Shown: positions 22,947 to 34,376 of the stretch, piece after piece
How the letters are laid out: each line of letters starts with the position of its first letter
Position numbering within the stretch: position 1 is the first letter of the stretch
Source of the DNA: an uncultured Gemmatimonadales bacterium
GTDB lineage: Bacteria > Gemmatimonadota > Gemmatimonadetes > Gemmatimonadales > GWC2-71-9
Length of the DNA: 64,000 bases
Direction of reading: 5' to 3'
Assembly: GCA_963825055.1 (NCBI GenBank)
Contig: CAWGSK010000013.1
Coordinates: forward strand, 32,001 to 96,000
The notes under the pieces: model-generated
What the model was told of the DNA's origin: nothing
Database searches by the model: none
Seen by the model: only the letters and a program-made list of their open reading frames with translations
Position numbers and translations under genes: made by a program

Positions 22947-24082
22947 GCCGCCTCCTTCGCCAGGCGGACCACCTGCTGGACCGCCTGGTCCATGTCGTTG
23001 AGGGCCGTCATCCCGATGCCCTCCAGGATCCTGATCGCCTCGGCCTCGTTGGTGCCGGTCAGGCGGACGACGATCGGCACCGGCACCTTGAAGGCATCCA
23101 GCGCCGCCACGATCCCGTTGGCCACGTCATCGGTGCGGGTGATGCCGCCGAAGATGTTGAAGAGGATGGCCTTCACGCTCGGGTCGGCAGTGATGATCTT
23201 GAGCGCCGACACGACCTTCTCGGGGTTTGAGCTCCCGCCGATGTCGAGGAAGTTGGCGGGATCGCCGCCGTAGTACTTGACCAGGTCCATCGTCGCCATG
23301 GCGAGGCCGGCGCCGTTCACCACGCACCCGACATTGCCGTCCAGCTTGATGAAGGTGAGGTTCGCGTTCCGCGCGGTCACCTCGCTGGGCTCCTCCGCCG
23401 TCTCGTCCCTGAGGGCCGCGAGGTCCGGGCGGCGCTCCAGCTCGTTGTCGTCGATCACGACCTTCGCGTCGAGCGCCAGCACCTCCCCCTCCGGCGTCGT
23501 GACGAGCGGGTTGATCTCGGCGAGCGATGCGCCGTTGCCGACGAACACCCGGTACAGCTGCTGCATGATCTTCGCCGTCGCCCGCACCTGCCTGATGTCC
23601 TGGAAGAGCGTGAAGGCCAGCGCCGTGGCCTGGTGCGGCAGGAGGCCGTAGCGCGGATCCACCGCCAGGCGCGTGATGCGCTCAGGGGTCTTCGCCGCCA
23701 CCTCCTCGATGTCCACGCCACCCGCGGCGCTCACCATGAATACCGGCCGCTGCGACTCCCGGTCCATGATGAGGCCGACATAGGCCTCGGTCGCGATGTT
23801 CATGGCCGGCACCACGAGGACACGGTGCACGGTGAGGCCCTTGATGGTCATCCCCAGGATCCGGCTCGCGTGTTCCCGCGCCTCCTCGGGCGTGTCCGCC
23901 AGCTTGACGCCGCCGGCCTTGCCCCGGCCGCCGGCATGCACCTGGGCCTTGACGACCACCGGCCCGCCGAGCCGTCGCGCCACGTCCGCGGCCGCGTCAG
24001 CGTCCGACACTACCTCGCCGTCGGGCATCGCGATGCCCGCGTCGCGGAAGAGCTGTCGACCCTGATATTCATGCAGATTCAC
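22943..24082 (-). CDS. sucC: Succinyl-CoA ligase beta subunit
   Basis: [28 protein letters not shown]. Confidence 0.97.
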   Translation of the reverse strand: MNLHEYQGRQLFRDAGIAMPDGEVVSDADAAADVARRLGGPVVVKAQVHAGGRGKAGGVKLADTPEEAREHASRILGMTIKGLTVHRVLVVPAMNIATEAYVGLIMDRESQRPVFMVSAAGGVDIEEVAAKTPERITRLAVDPRYGLLPHQATALAFTLFQDIRQVRATAKIMQQLYRVFVGNGASLAEINPLVTTPEGEVLALDAKVVIDDNELERRPDLAALRDETAEEPSEVTARNANLTFIKLDGNVGCVVNGAGLAMATMDLVKYYGGDPANFLDIGGSSNPEKVVSALKIITADPSVKAILFNIFGGITRTDDVANGIVAALDAFKVPVPIVVRLTGTNEAEAIRILEGIGMTALNDMDQAVQQVVRLAKEAA

Positions 24083-25026
24083 GAATGCCTCGTAATCTCG
24101 GTTCCGGTTTCACCCCTGAGCGCGGCCGATCCCTCGGCCAGGTGGGCAATGACCGCGCGCCCACCCCCGCCCCGCACGAACGCCACCGCGGCCTCCACCT
24201 TCGGCCGCATGCCACCCTCGTCCAGCTCACCGGAGGCAAGGAGCCGCCCGGCTTCCTCCACGGACAACCGCCCGATCCGCTCCGCCGATGGCGTGCCGTA
24301 CCCGCGGTACACGCCGTCGACGTCGGTCAGGATGAGGAATACCTCCGCGTCCAGCGCGGTGGCCAGGATGGCGCCCGCCCGATCCTTGTCCACCACGGCA
24401 TCCACGCCCTCGAGCCCGAGGGCCGGGTCCCGGTACACCGGCGGCCCGCCCCCTCCTGCGGCGATGACGATCACGCCTTCCTCGACGAGCCGCCGCACCA
24501 GCCGGGCCTCGACGATGGCCTCGGGCCTGGGGCTCGACGCCATCCGCCGCCAGTTGCCCCGCGCATCGCGGGCGACCGGCATGCCCGCCGCCTGAAGCGC
24601 CCGTACCCGCGGCTCCGGGAGCGCGTGACCGATCGGCTTGGTCGGCGCCCGGAGTGCCGGGTCGGACTCGCTCACCAGCGTCTGCGTCACGAGTGTCACC
24701 ACCTCGCGGTCGATCCCGGCACGGACCAGCGCGTTCTGGAGCGACTGCTGGATCATGTAGCCGATCCAGCCGGCCGTCGCCGCCACCAGCACACCAAGCG
24801 GCAGCGGAGCCACCTCCGCCAGCGCGATCTCGTTGCGGGCGAGTGCATCGCCCACCTGGGGCCCGTTCCCGTGAACCAGGCCGACGTTCCACCCCTCGCG
24901 GATCAGATCGACAATCGAGCCGAGGCTCTCCCGGGTGTGCCGGAACTGATTGGCGATGGCAGCCGGTTCCCCGGCCCGGGCCAGGGCGTTTCCACCCAGC
25001 GCGACGATCGCGATCTTCGAGCTCAC
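24079..25026 (-). CDS. arcC: Carbamate kinase
   Basis: ALGGNA, HGNGPQVG, PTKPIG, GGGGPPV, VDKD, MRPKVEAA. Confidence 0.9.
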   Translation of the reverse strand: MSSKIAIVALGGNALARAGEPAAIANQFRHTRESLGSIVDLIREGWNVGLVHGNGPQVGDALARNEIALAEVAPLPLGVLVAATAGWIGYMIQQSLQNALVRAGIDREVVTLVTQTLVSESDPALRAPTKPIGHALPEPRVRALQAAGMPVARDARGNWRRMASSPRPEAIVEARLVRRLVEEGVIVIAAGGGGPPVYRDPALGLEGVDAVVDKDRAGAILATALDAEVFLILTDVDGVYRGYGTPSAERIGRLSVEEAGRLLASGELDEGGMRPKVEAAVAFVRGGGGRAVIAHLAEGSAALRGETGTEITRHS

Positions 25027-25087
25027 CAGGACGGCCCCGTTTGCAGGCGTGTGAACCTAGCCGATGCGCTAAAGGGAAGCAAGCGCG

Positions 25088-27550
25088 TTACTTAGGCGGG
25101 GTCGGAGGCGGCACGCTGTCGTCCGGCCGCGCCAGGTCCAGGACCTCCCGGAGGCCTTCGAATGCCCGGGCGAAACCGATCCAGTCCCCCCGCCGGAGCG
25201 CGCTGTCGGCGCGGGCCATGTAGCGACGCGCCTCCTCGATCTCCCGGGTGGGCCCGCCGGGCAGGATCGGCACGGTGACCCCTTCCAGGTTGCGCCACGC
25301 TTCCTCCGGCCCGTGTCCGGCCCCCATCCGGTCGCCCAGCGCCAGGCTCATCCAGACGAGGTGCACCGTTCCCTCCGGGCCGGCCGCGAACTCCGACCGG
25401 TAGGCCCCCGCACCGGTACCATCGATCCACACCTGCACCGGTCCGTCGTCCAGCCGGGCCCCGGCAACGCGGAGGGAATCCCGGAGTTGCTCGTAGGTCG
25501 GGAACCGGCGCCAGCGCCGGTCCAGTACGGCCGGGGACGAGACGCTGCCGGCCACGGTGAGGCGGGTGATGGTCACGACCTGCCGGCCGTCCCGCATCCG
25601 CGCCTCGACCACGGAGGTCAGGCGCCGCTCTCCCGGATCCTCGTACGCGGCCACCCGGCGTTCCCCGGCGTCCGGGCCCCACGCGCGGTCCCCCACCCGC
25701 ACGTCCCGACCGGTGGAAGACCCGGTGCCCACGCGGCGTCCGTCCACCCAGTGATCCCGCTCCATCAGCTGGGCCTGCACGTCGAACAGGGCATTGGGGT
25801 ACGGCAGAACATCCTCGACCGAACGTGGCATCGCGGAGGCCGGCTCGACGACGCCCCCGGTGATGTCGGACCAGGCCAGGGCAAGCGGATCGGCATTGCG
25901 CCGGAGATACAGGTGCGTCTCGCCCGATTCCGCCGAGATGACGCCGGTCACGGCCGGATGAACCGAGGCCACGCGCCGGCCTTGCCATGGCATCCGGTCC
26001 ACCAGCGGGAAGGTGCGGGTCGTGAGGTAGCCGGTCGCCACCCAGGTGACGTCCCCGTCCACCATGTGGAGTGTCGGGGAGTCCCAGGTGACCCAGGGCG
26101 CGATCGCCGCGAGGCGTTCGCCCGGGCCGAGGTGCCACTCGAGGTGCGCGTTCGGCGTCGTCCGCCCCAGCAGTTCCCCCGCCTGGCGGGCCCAGGCGAG
26201 CACGAGCCGGCGCACCGGACCGCCGATGCGCACGCCCCGGTCGTCGCTCCCGATGCGGTAGGCTGGTGCCAGGGGTCGGATGACGGAGGGAGAGAGCGAC
26301 AGGAAACCGCGCAGCCCCGGGTACGGGACCGAGTCACCGGGCTGGTAGGTGAGTGGCAGGCCCCTGACGCTGGTGCGGTCATCCGCGATGGCAACCAGCG
26401 TGGGGTTGCCCGACGGGTGGTCCCGGAGGAGGAACCAGACCGGAAGCCGGCGGCCTCCCACCCGCAGCTCGCCGGGGTTCAGGGCGAGGACGCTTCCCGA
26501 ATCCGCGCCGGCCAGGCTGGCCACGGCGGAAGGATGCCAGAGCGCGGGATGCCTCGGGGGCGCCACGCCGCCATCGCCGCGGAACGTGGTGTCCACGACG
26601 CCCGCGAGCGAATACGCCAGCGATTCGTACGTGCGCCGTTCCTCCTGCGTGAGCGCCGGCTGCACGACGTCCGTCCGCAGCGCCGGCAGGATGTAGTGCC
26701 CGGTCAGCGACGCGAACATGAGCACGATCCAGCCGGCAACCAGCAGCGTGTGCCGGGGTTGCCAGGCCCACACTGCGGCGATCATCGCCGCGGCCAGCGC
26801 GGTGCCGGTGAGGATCCGGGCAATGAGGAATCGCAGGTCGGCCCCTCCGCCCACGCCGCCTTTCAGCCCGGCGACGATCTCGGGAGACTCCAGCGCGTAT
26901 CCCCAGGCGAGCGTGAGCGCAAAGGCGGCCAGCAGCCATCCCAGGTGGCGCCGCGCGTGGTCACTGATGGCCGGGTGGCCGCGCTGCCACCGCAGCGCGC
27001 CGATCAGGGCATAGAGCAGGAGGACCGTGGACAGGCCGAGCAGGATGAGGAGGAACGCGAAGCTGTGCAGCTCGCGCCAGAGCGGGAGCTGGGCGACGTA
27101 GCGCCCGATATCATTGCCGAGGAGCGGCTCCGTGACGCCCCAGGAGACGCCGTGCCACGCGAGGAGCGCGTCGTCCCACCAGCCCGCACCGCCCGCCCCC
27201 GTCATGACGCCGAGCAGGATTCCGGCGCCGAGCGTTCCCATGACCAGGGCACGGGGCGTGAGCGCCTCGCGGATCTCGAGGTTCGCCACCGTACGGGGCA
27301 CCTGCACCGAGCCGACGGTGCGGTACACGAAGAGATAGTTGCCGGTGAACCAGGCGCTGGCGACGAGAATGCCGGCACCCTCGAGGAAGAGCGCCAGGAG
27401 CCGCCTGCGTGTCAGGAAGTCGGCGGCGGGGAAGGAGACCTGCGCCGCCCACCATCGCTCGGCGAGGAGCGTCGTCACCTCCCGCCCCACGAAGAGCAGG
27501 AGGACCACGGCGGCAATCGCCAGCGCGATCCGCCACGTCCGGCGGCTCAT
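25088..27550 (-). CDS. UPF0182-like membrane protein
   Basis: Multiple N-terminal TMs; EPLLGNDIGRYVAQLP, YPNALFDVQA; C-terminal ADSALRRGDWIGFARAFEGL. Confidence 0.7.
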   Translation of the reverse strand: MSRRTWRIALAIAAVVLLLFVGREVTTLLAERWWAAQVSFPAADFLTRRRLLALFLEGAGILVASAWFTGNYLFVYRTVGSVQVPRTVANLEIREALTPRALVMGTLGAGILLGVMTGAGGAGWWDDALLAWHGVSWGVTEPLLGNDIGRYVAQLPLWRELHSFAFLLILLGLSTVLLLYALIGALRWQRGHPAISDHARRHLGWLLAAFALTLAWGYALESPEIVAGLKGGVGGGADLRFLIARILTGTALAAAMIAAVWAWQPRHTLLVAGWIVLMFASLTGHYILPALRTDVVQPALTQEERRTYESLAYSLAGVVDTTFRGDGGVAPPRHPALWHPSAVASLAGADSGSVLALNPGELRVGGRRLPVWFLLRDHPSGNPTLVAIADDRTSVRGLPLTYQPGDSVPYPGLRGFLSLSPSVIRPLAPAYRIGSDDRGVRIGGPVRRLVLAWARQAGELLGRTTPNAHLEWHLGPGERLAAIAPWVTWDSPTLHMVDGDVTWVATGYLTTRTFPLVDRMPWQGRRVASVHPAVTGVISAESGETHLYLRRNADPLALAWSDITGGVVEPASAMPRSVEDVLPYPNALFDVQAQLMERDHWVDGRRVGTGSSTGRDVRVGDRAWGPDAGERRVAAYEDPGERRLTSVVEARMRDGRQVVTITRLTVAGSVSSPAVLDRRWRRFPTYEQLRDSLRVAGARLDDGPVQVWIDGTGAGAYRSEFAAGPEGTVHLVWMSLALGDRMGAGHGPEEAWRNLEGVTVPILPGGPTREIEEARRYMARADSALRRGDWIGFARAFEGLREVLDLARPDDSVPPPTPPK

Positions 27551-27553
27551 GAC

Positions 27554-28933
27554 TCAGCCCGGCGTCCCATCCACCCCTTCCCCGGCGAGCCACGCGCGCA
27601 CCTCGCCCTCGTACGCGGCCAGCGCCCCGGCGCTGGTGGCCTCGAAGCGCATGACCAGGACAGGCTGCGTGTTGCTCGCCCGGAGCAGTCCCCACCCGTC
27701 CGCAAAGCTGATGCGCACGCCGTCGATCGTGTTGACCGGGTACCGCGCGGCGAAGTACGTCGCGGCGCGCTCCACGATGCCGAACTTGGTCTCCTCCGGA
27801 CAGGCCACCCGGATCTCGGGCGTGGCAACCGTCTCCGGCAGGTCCGCCAGCAGGCGCGCCAGGCCGCCCTCCTCGCGCGACACAATTTCCAGCAGGCGGG
27901 CCGCGGCGAACAGCGCGTCGTCGAAGCCGAAGTAGTCGCCGCCGAAGAACATGTGGCCGCTCATCTCGCCGGCCAGGGGCGCGCCGGTCTCGTGCATCTT
28001 CGCCTTGATGAGCGAGTGGCCGGTCTTCCACATGACCGGCACAGCGCCGGCCGCCTCCAGGGCGCGCGGCAGCACTTCGGAGCACTTCACGTCGAAGATG
28101 ACCGTGATGCCCTTCCCGAAGCGGCGCACGGCGTCGCGGCCGTACAGGACCAGCAGCTGGTCGCCGTAGATGATGCGCGCCGTCTCGTCCACCGCGCCGA
28201 TCCGGTCGCCGTCCCCGTCGAAGGCGATGCCCAGCTCGGCGCCCGTCCGGCGCACCGCTTCCTGGATGTCCCGCAGGTTCGCGGGGACGGTCGGGTCGGG
28301 ATGGTGGTTCGGGAAGGTTCCGTCAGACTCGCAGAACAGCGGCGTCACCTCCGCGCCGAGGGCCTGGAGCGTCTCGACCGCGATCAGGCTGGCCACCCCG
28401 TTGCCGCAATCCACCACCACCCTGACCGGCCGCGCGAGTGTGTGGCGTTTCACGATGGCGTCGCGATAGCGGCCGAGGACGGAATCGTCGCTCCGCTCGC
28501 GGCCCTGGCCGGCGTCCCACGACTCGGTGCTGATCATCTCCCAGAGCGACTGGATGTCGTCACCGTGGAGCGAGCTGCCGCCGGCCACCATCTTGAAGCC
28601 GTTGAACTCAGGGGGATTGTGCGAGCCGGTCACCTGCAGGCCGCCGTCGAGCTCGAGCGCGTGCACCGCGTAGTAGAGCGCCGGCGTCGGCACCATCCCG
28701 ATGTCCACGGCGGTCGCGCCGGCCTCGACGATCCCCGCGCGCACCCCCTCGGCAAGGGCGGGGCCGGACGGGCGGTTGTCCCGGCCGACCGCCAGCACCG
28801 GGTCGTGGCCGACGCGGGCCCGCGCGGCCGTGGCATAGGCCCGCCCGAGCGCCCGGGCGAGCCCGGGGGTCAGCTCGCGGTCGACGATGCCGCGTACGTC
28901 ATACTGCCGGAAGATGGAACGGGGGACCTGCAT
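27554..28933 (-). CDS. Phosphomannomutase/phosphoglucomutase
   Basis: FRQYDVRG, TGSHNP, DGDGDR, GEMSGH, RASNT. Confidence 0.95.
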   Translation of the reverse strand: MQVPRSIFRQYDVRGIVDRELTPGLARALGRAYATAARARVGHDPVLAVGRDNRPSGPALAEGVRAGIVEAGATAVDIGMVPTPALYYAVHALELDGGLQVTGSHNPPEFNGFKMVAGGSSLHGDDIQSLWEMISTESWDAGQGRERSDDSVLGRYRDAIVKRHTLARPVRVVVDCGNGVASLIAVETLQALGAEVTPLFCESDGTFPNHHPDPTVPANLRDIQEAVRRTGAELGIAFDGDGDRIGAVDETARIIYGDQLLVLYGRDAVRRFGKGITVIFDVKCSEVLPRALEAAGAVPVMWKTGHSLIKAKMHETGAPLAGEMSGHMFFGGDYFGFDDALFAAARLLEIVSREEGGLARLLADLPETVATPEIRVACPEETKFGIVERAATYFAARYPVNTIDGVRISFADGWGLLRASNTQPVLVMRFEATSAGALAAYEGEVRAWLAGEGVDGTPG

Positions 28934-28976
28934 GGCGACCTCGGGGCTCCGGGGGGAACGCGCGGGCTCGTCCCGC

Positions 28977-30471
28977 CTACCGGCCGGAGAGCAGCGCGTC
29001 GCGAAGGCTGGCAGCGCTCAGGCCGGCCATGTCGAGCATATGTGCCGGCCAGACCCCGTAGAGCAGGATCAGCACCACGCATACGCCCACCACGGCGGCA
29101 GCCAGGGAGGGCAGCCGCATGGCACGCGGCGCTTCGGGATCGCGCAGCGGGCGCATGTACATCGACATGATAACCGGCAGGTAGTAGCCCGCGCTCACGA
29201 CGCTGGTCAGGACGAGGGTGATGGCGAGGATGTACTGCCGCTCCACGACAATGGCGGAGAGGATGTACCACTTGCCGATGAAGCCAAGCGTGCCCGGGAA
29301 GCCGAGCAGCGACAGCATGCACACGGAGAGGGCAAACGCCATCCACGGGCGCTCCTGCGCGACACCGGCGATGTCGTCCAGGGTGACGTCGCGCTCGCCG
29401 TCCCGCCCGAGCCAGGCCAGGATGCCGAAGGCGGCCAGGGTGGTGAGCGAATAGGCGACGAGGTACAGCATCATGGCGCTGGTGCCCAGGAACGAGCCGG
29501 GCCAGATCGCGACCAGGAGGTACCCCGCATGGGCGACTGAACTGTATGCCAGCATCCGCTTGAGCGAGCGCTGCGACAGGGCCACCAGGTTCCCCAGGAT
29601 CATGGTGGCCATGGCGAGGATGCCGATCACCGGCTGCCACTTGTCCAGCGCGCCAGGGAACGCCTGGCCCAGGGTGCGCATGAGCGCCACGAACGCCGCC
29701 GCCTTGACGCCCGTTGCCATGAAACCGGTCACCGGCGTGGGCGAGCCGTCGTACACGTCGGGCGCCCACATGTGGAACGGCACGGCAGCCACCTTGAACC
29801 CGAACCCGATCAGCAGGAGCCCGAGACCCAGGCTTGCCATGATGGACATGCCGCCGTCGGTGAGTTGCGCGCCGATCAGGGTGAGGTTGGTGGTCCCGGT
29901 GACGCCGTAGACCAGGGCGATGCCGTAGAGCAGGAACCCGGAGGCGAAGGCGCCGATCAGGAAGTACTTGAGCGCGGCCTCCGAGGAGAACGCGTCCCGC
30001 CGGCGGAACCCGGCCAGCACGTAGACCGCCACGGACATGATCTCGAGTCCGAGGAACAGGATGATCAGGTCGGCCGCGCCGGCCATCAGCATCATGCCCA
30101 CCGTGGCGAACAGGACCAGGACGTGGTACTCCGGCGCGTGCATGCCCTCTCGCGGCAGGTACGACAGCGAGAGCAGGATCGTCGCGGTCGCCACCGCGAG
30201 GAAGATCAGGTCGGCCACGAGGCGGTAGGTGTCGAGCGCCATCATCTGCGGCACGCCGAGCACCGCGGCGCCACCAGCCCAGAACCAGACCACGACCGCC
30301 GCGGTGATCGCGAGGCCCGGGAGGGCCACCTTGCCCGCGCAGTGCGGCATCGGCCTCGGTGTCGTGGCGCCAGCTCGCGAGGAGAAGGACGACCAGCGCC
30401 CACGCGCTCAGGACGAGCTCGGGGGCCAGGATGGCCAGCAGGCCGCTGGGCGTTGCCGGGTCGAAGTTCAC
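28977..30471 (-). CDS. nuoN: NADH-quinone oxidoreductase subunit N, with a frameshift near 30340 (probable assembly error)
   Basis: GTG at 30471 gives MNFDPATPSGLLAILAPELVL; the body (EAALKYF, PFHMWAPDVY, KRMLAYSS) is in a different frame. Confidence 0.9.
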
Positions 30472-32030
30472 GGACGGGCCTCCACGCGCGCGGGAGGCAG
30501 TGCCGCGGCGTCCGGGGTCAGGGACGGCTGGACGATCTCGAGGTAGCGCCGGGCGGCAGGCTCCATGCGGTCGAGCACGGGGCGCGGGTAGAGCCCCAGC
30601 CACACGATGCCGATCAGGAGCGGCACCAGGACCGCAACCTCGCGGAGGCTCAAGTCGGGCATGGTCTCGTTCTCAGGCTTGTCCAGGGCATTGAAGATGA
30701 TCCGCTGGAGCGCCCAGAGCAGGTAGGCGGCGGCAAAGATGACGCCGGTGGTTGCGATGCCGGTCGCCCACGGATGGCGCCCGAAGCTGCCAAGCAGGAC
30801 CAGGAACTCGCCCACGAACCCGTTCAGGCCCGGCAGGCCGATGGACGAGAGCGCCACGACGGCGAAGATCGCCGAGAGAAGCGGCACCACCCGGGCCACA
30901 CCGCCGTAGTCCTTGATGAGCCGCGTGTGCCGCCGCTCGTAGAGCATGCCGACCAGGAAGAACAGCGCGCCCGTGCTCAGGCCGTGCGCGATCATGATCA
31001 TCAGCGCGCCCTGGATGCTCTGGAGCGAGCTCGCCCAGATGCCGAGCATCACGAACCCGAGGTGGCTCACCGAACTGTATGCCACGAGCTTCTTCAGGTC
31101 CGGCTGCACCATCGCCACCAGGGCCCCGTAGATGATGCCGATCACCGCCAGGGTCACCACCAGCGCGGTCACGGCCGGGGAAAGCGCCACGCCGGGGAAG
31201 AACGGCAGGGCAAAACGCAGGAATCCGTACGTTCCCATCTTGAGCAGGACCCCGGCCAGCAGCACGGAGCCCGCCGTGGGTGCCTCGACGTGCGCGTCAG
31301 GCAGCCACGTGTGGAACGGGAAGACCGGCACCTTGATGGCGAAGGCGAGCGCGAAGGCGCCAAAGAGCCACGGCGCCGCGGTTCCCAGCAGCCCGGCGTT
31401 GCCGAGCAGGTGCTCATAGGCGAACGAGTACTCGCCGGTGGCCTTCCCCACCTGGATGACCATCCACAGGATCGCGACCAGCATGAGGAGCGAGCCCAGG
31501 AAGGTGTAGACGAAGAACTTGATTGCCGCGTACAGTTTCCGGGTGCCGCCCCAGATCCCGATGATGAAATACATCGGGATGAGCATGAGCTCCCAGAAGA
31601 CGTAGAACACGAACATGTCGAGCGCGAGAAAGACCCCGAGCACGCCGGTGGTCAGCAGCAGCAGGAGCGCATAGAAGCCGCGCTCGCGCTCCGTGATGTA
31701 CCGGTAGCTTCCGAGAACGCAGAGGGGGGTCAGGGCGGTGGTCAGCAGCACCATGAAAAGCGAGATGCCGTCCAGGCCGACGCGGTAGTAGATCCCCCAC
31801 TCGGGAATCCACGGTGCGCTGGCGACGAACTGCATGCCGCCGTCGGCAGGATTGAACGCCCACCAGAGCCCGGCCGAGAGGATGAACTCCAGCACCGCCA
31901 CCGCGAGCGCCACGTGCTTCGCGAGCCGCGAGGGCGCGAGCAGCACCGGTACCGCGCCGACCACGGGCAGCAGCAGGAGGACGTGGAGGATCCAGTCCGG
32001 GTAGCCGATCGAAGCGAGAAACGCAGTCAT
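30468..32030 (-). CDS. nuoM: NADH-quinone oxidoreductase subunit M
   Basis: FWELMLIP, PFHTWLPDAHVEAP, LVAYSSVSH. Confidence 0.95.
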   Translation of the reverse strand: MTAFLASIGYPDWILHVLLLLPVVGAVPVLLAPSRLAKHVALAVAVLEFILSAGLWWAFNPADGGMQFVASAPWIPEWGIYYRVGLDGISLFMVLLTTALTPLCVLGSYRYITERERGFYALLLLLTTGVLGVFLALDMFVFYVFWELMLIPMYFIIGIWGGTRKLYAAIKFFVYTFLGSLLMLVAILWMVIQVGKATGEYSFAYEHLLGNAGLLGTAAPWLFGAFALAFAIKVPVFPFHTWLPDAHVEAPTAGSVLLAGVLLKMGTYGFLRFALPFFPGVALSPAVTALVVTLAVIGIIYGALVAMVQPDLKKLVAYSSVSHLGFVMLGIWASSLQSIQGALMIMIAHGLSTGALFFLVGMLYERRHTRLIKDYGGVARVVPLLSAIFAVVALSSIGLPGLNGFVGEFLVLLGSFGRHPWATGIATTGVIFAAAYLLWALQRIIFNALDKPENETMPDLSLREVAVLVPLLIGIVWLGLYPRPVLDRMEPAARRYLEIVQPSLTPDAAALPPARVEARP

Positions 32031-32037
32031 CAGGCCT

Positions 32038-34080
32038 TCAGAGAACGACGGTGCGAAGGATCCACAGGGCGCCTACCAGGAACGCGACGATGTACACCCC
32101 GACGTAGCCGGTCTGGAGCAGGCTGCCCATCCCGCCCAGGAACCGGGAGAAGCCCGCCGCCCCGTTCACCCCGGCGCCGTCGATGCCCCGCTGGTCCACG
32201 CCCTGCCAGAGCACCCGGCGGGACAGCCACACCAGGGGCCGGACGATAGCGGCATCGTACAGTTCGTCGATGTAGTACTTGTGGTATACCACCCGCCAGA
32301 AGCCATGCTCCTCCCCGGCCTCCGCGGCGGGGACGATCTTCTGCGCGAGCGTCATCCGGTAGCCGGCGATGAGGCCGGTGATCGCGACCAGGACCGCGAG
32401 CCCGACCAGCAGCCACTCCGTGTTGACCGGCATCTCGTGTGGCGTGGTGAGGGCGGCGGAGCCGGCCGTGACCGGGTCGAGCCAGCCCTCCAGTGCAGGA
32501 TGGAACCCGAAGAGGTGCGGCAGGTTGATCGCCCCGCCCACCAGGCTCAGGATTCCGAGCATGAGGAGCGGGCCGGTCATGATCCACGGTGCCTCGTGCA
32601 GGTGCTCCCGCTCGGCCTCGCCGGTCCGGTTCCCGCCGAAGAACGTCATGGCCATGAGGCGCGCCATGTAGAACGCGGTGAGGAGCGCCGCGAGCAGCCC
32701 CACGCCGTAGAAGACATAGAAGAGGGGGTGGTCCGCGCCCCGCGCGATGGTCTGCGCCAGGATCTCGTCCTTGCTGAAGAAGCCGCTGAAGGGCGGGATA
32801 CCGGCAATGGCAAGCGTGGCGATGCTCATCAGCGCGAAGGTCCACGGCATGGCGCGCCGCAGGCCGCCCATGTTCCGCATGTCCTGCGGATCGGCGTCGC
32901 TGTGCGTGTGGTGCAGGGCGTGGTGCATCGCGTGGATCACGCTGCCCGCACCCAGGAAGAGCAGTGCCTTGAAGAAGGCGTGCGTCACCAGGTGGAAGAT
33001 GCCCGCGGCAAACGCCCCCGCGCCGACCCCCAGGAACATGTAGCCGAGCTGGGAGATGGTGGAGTAGGCCAGGACCTTCTTGATGTCGTACTGCCGGAGC
33101 CCGATCGTTGCCGCGAAGAGCGCGGTGGCGGCGCCGATGCCCGCGGTCACCATGCTGGAGACCGGCGCCAGCGTGAACAGGATGTTCGACCGGGTCACGA
33201 GGTACACGCCCGCAGTGACCATCGTGGCGGCATGGATCAGGGCGGAGACGGGCGTCGGGCCGGCCATCGCGTCGGGCAGCCAGGTATAGAGCGGAATCTG
33301 GGCCGACTTGCCGGTGCAGCCGAGCAGCAGGAACAGCGTGATGGTGGTCACCGTGCCGCCGCCCAGCGCCAGCACCCCGGGCGCGCGGGCGAACACGTCG
33401 ACGAAGTTCAGCGACCCCACTGCCTGCCAGATCATGAACATCGCGATCAGGAACCCGAAATCGCCGATCCGGTTCACGATGAAGGCCTTCTTGCCGGCGT
33501 CGGCGTTCACCTTGCCGTTGTACCAGAACCCGATCAGCAGGTAGCTGCAGAGCCCCACCCCTTCCCAGCCGATGAACATGAGCGGGAAGCTCGAACCCAG
33601 GACGAGGATGAGCATGAAGGCCACGAAGAGGTTCAGGTACGCGAAGTAACGCGCGTAACCCGGGTCCTCGTACATGTACCCGATGCTGAAGAGGTGGATC
33701 AGGCTGCCGACGCCGGTCACGACCAGGAGCATGACTGTGGACAGCTGGTCCACCTGGAAGGCGAAGTCCACCTGGAGCGACCCGACGGGCAGCCAGTGCC
33801 ACAGCGAGACGACGTACGGCGCCTCGGGGTGTGCCCCGCGCACCGCCAGGAAGACCAGGATCGCGAGCCCGAAGGCCGCGAGCAGCACGCCCGCGCCCAC
33901 CGCCGAGACCAGCCCGCGGGCCTTCGGTTTCACGAAGGCGATCGTGCCGTTGACCAGGAAACCCGCGAAGGGCAGCAGGATGGCCAGCCAGATCCAGTCG
34001 GCGGCCGTGCCGGCAAGGCTTCCCGCGGGCGCGGCGGCACCATGCCCCGCCGCCTGCAGGGACAGCAGGATGGGTATCAT
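32038..34080 (-). CDS. nuoL: NADH-quinone oxidoreductase subunit L
   Basis: WEGVGLCS, GKSAQIPL, AMAGPTPVSALIHAATM, HAFFKALLF. Confidence 0.95.
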   Translation of the reverse strand: MIPILLSLQAAGHGAAAPAGSLAGTAADWIWLAILLPFAGFLVNGTIAFVKPKARGLVSAVGAGVLLAAFGLAILVFLAVRGAHPEAPYVVSLWHWLPVGSLQVDFAFQVDQLSTVMLLVVTGVGSLIHLFSIGYMYEDPGYARYFAYLNLFVAFMLILVLGSSFPLMFIGWEGVGLCSYLLIGFWYNGKVNADAGKKAFIVNRIGDFGFLIAMFMIWQAVGSLNFVDVFARAPGVLALGGGTVTTITLFLLLGCTGKSAQIPLYTWLPDAMAGPTPVSALIHAATMVTAGVYLVTRSNILFTLAPVSSMVTAGIGAATALFAATIGLRQYDIKKVLAYSTISQLGYMFLGVGAGAFAAGIFHLVTHAFFKALLFLGAGSVIHAMHHALHHTHSDADPQDMRNMGGLRRAMPWTFALMSIATLAIAGIPPFSGFFSKDEILAQTIARGADHPLFYVFYGVGLLAALLTAFYMARLMAMTFFGGNRTGEAEREHLHEAPWIMTGPLLMLGILSLVGGAINLPHLFGFHPALEGWLDPVTAGSAALTTPHEMPVNTEWLLVGLAVLVAITGLIAGYRMTLAQKIVPAAEAGEEHGFWRVVYHKYYIDELYDAAIVRPLVWLSRRVLWQGVDQRGIDGAGVNGAAGFSRFLGGMGSLLQTGYVGVYIVAFLVGALWILRTVVL

Positions 34081-34376
34081 CAGCCCTTGAGGAGGTTGAT
34101 GGTGTTCAGGTCGACCGACTCGGTGTGCCGGAAGATCGCCAGGATGATCGCGAGCCCGACCGCCGCCTCGGCGGCCGCGACAGTCATGACGAAGAAGACG
34201 ATGACCTGTCCGCTCAGGCCATGCACCTGCCCCAGCGCCACGAAGCTCAGGTTCACGGCGTTGAGCATGAGCTCGATGCACATAAAGAGCACGATGGCGT
34301 TGCGCCGGATGAGCACCCCGGCGACGCCGATGGCAAAGAGGACGGCCGAAAGCAGCAGGGCGTGACCCGTGAGCAT
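34080..34376 (-). CDS. nuoK: NADH-quinone oxidoreductase subunit K
   Basis: [17 protein letters not shown]. Confidence 0.95.
   Translation of the reverse strand: MLTGHALLLSAVLFAIGVAGVLIRRNAIVLFMCIELMLNAVNLSFVALGQVHGLSGQVIVFFVMTVAAAEAAVGLAIILAIFRHTESVDLNTINLLKG

Noticed and set aside
25313..29170. 1285-aa plus-strand ORF, and other long antisense ORFs such as 9428-11815, 29772-32249 and 59560-61728
   Set aside because: Shadow ORFs opposite well-supported minus-strand genes; Arg/Gly/Pro-rich with no motifs, as expected in high-GC DNA.
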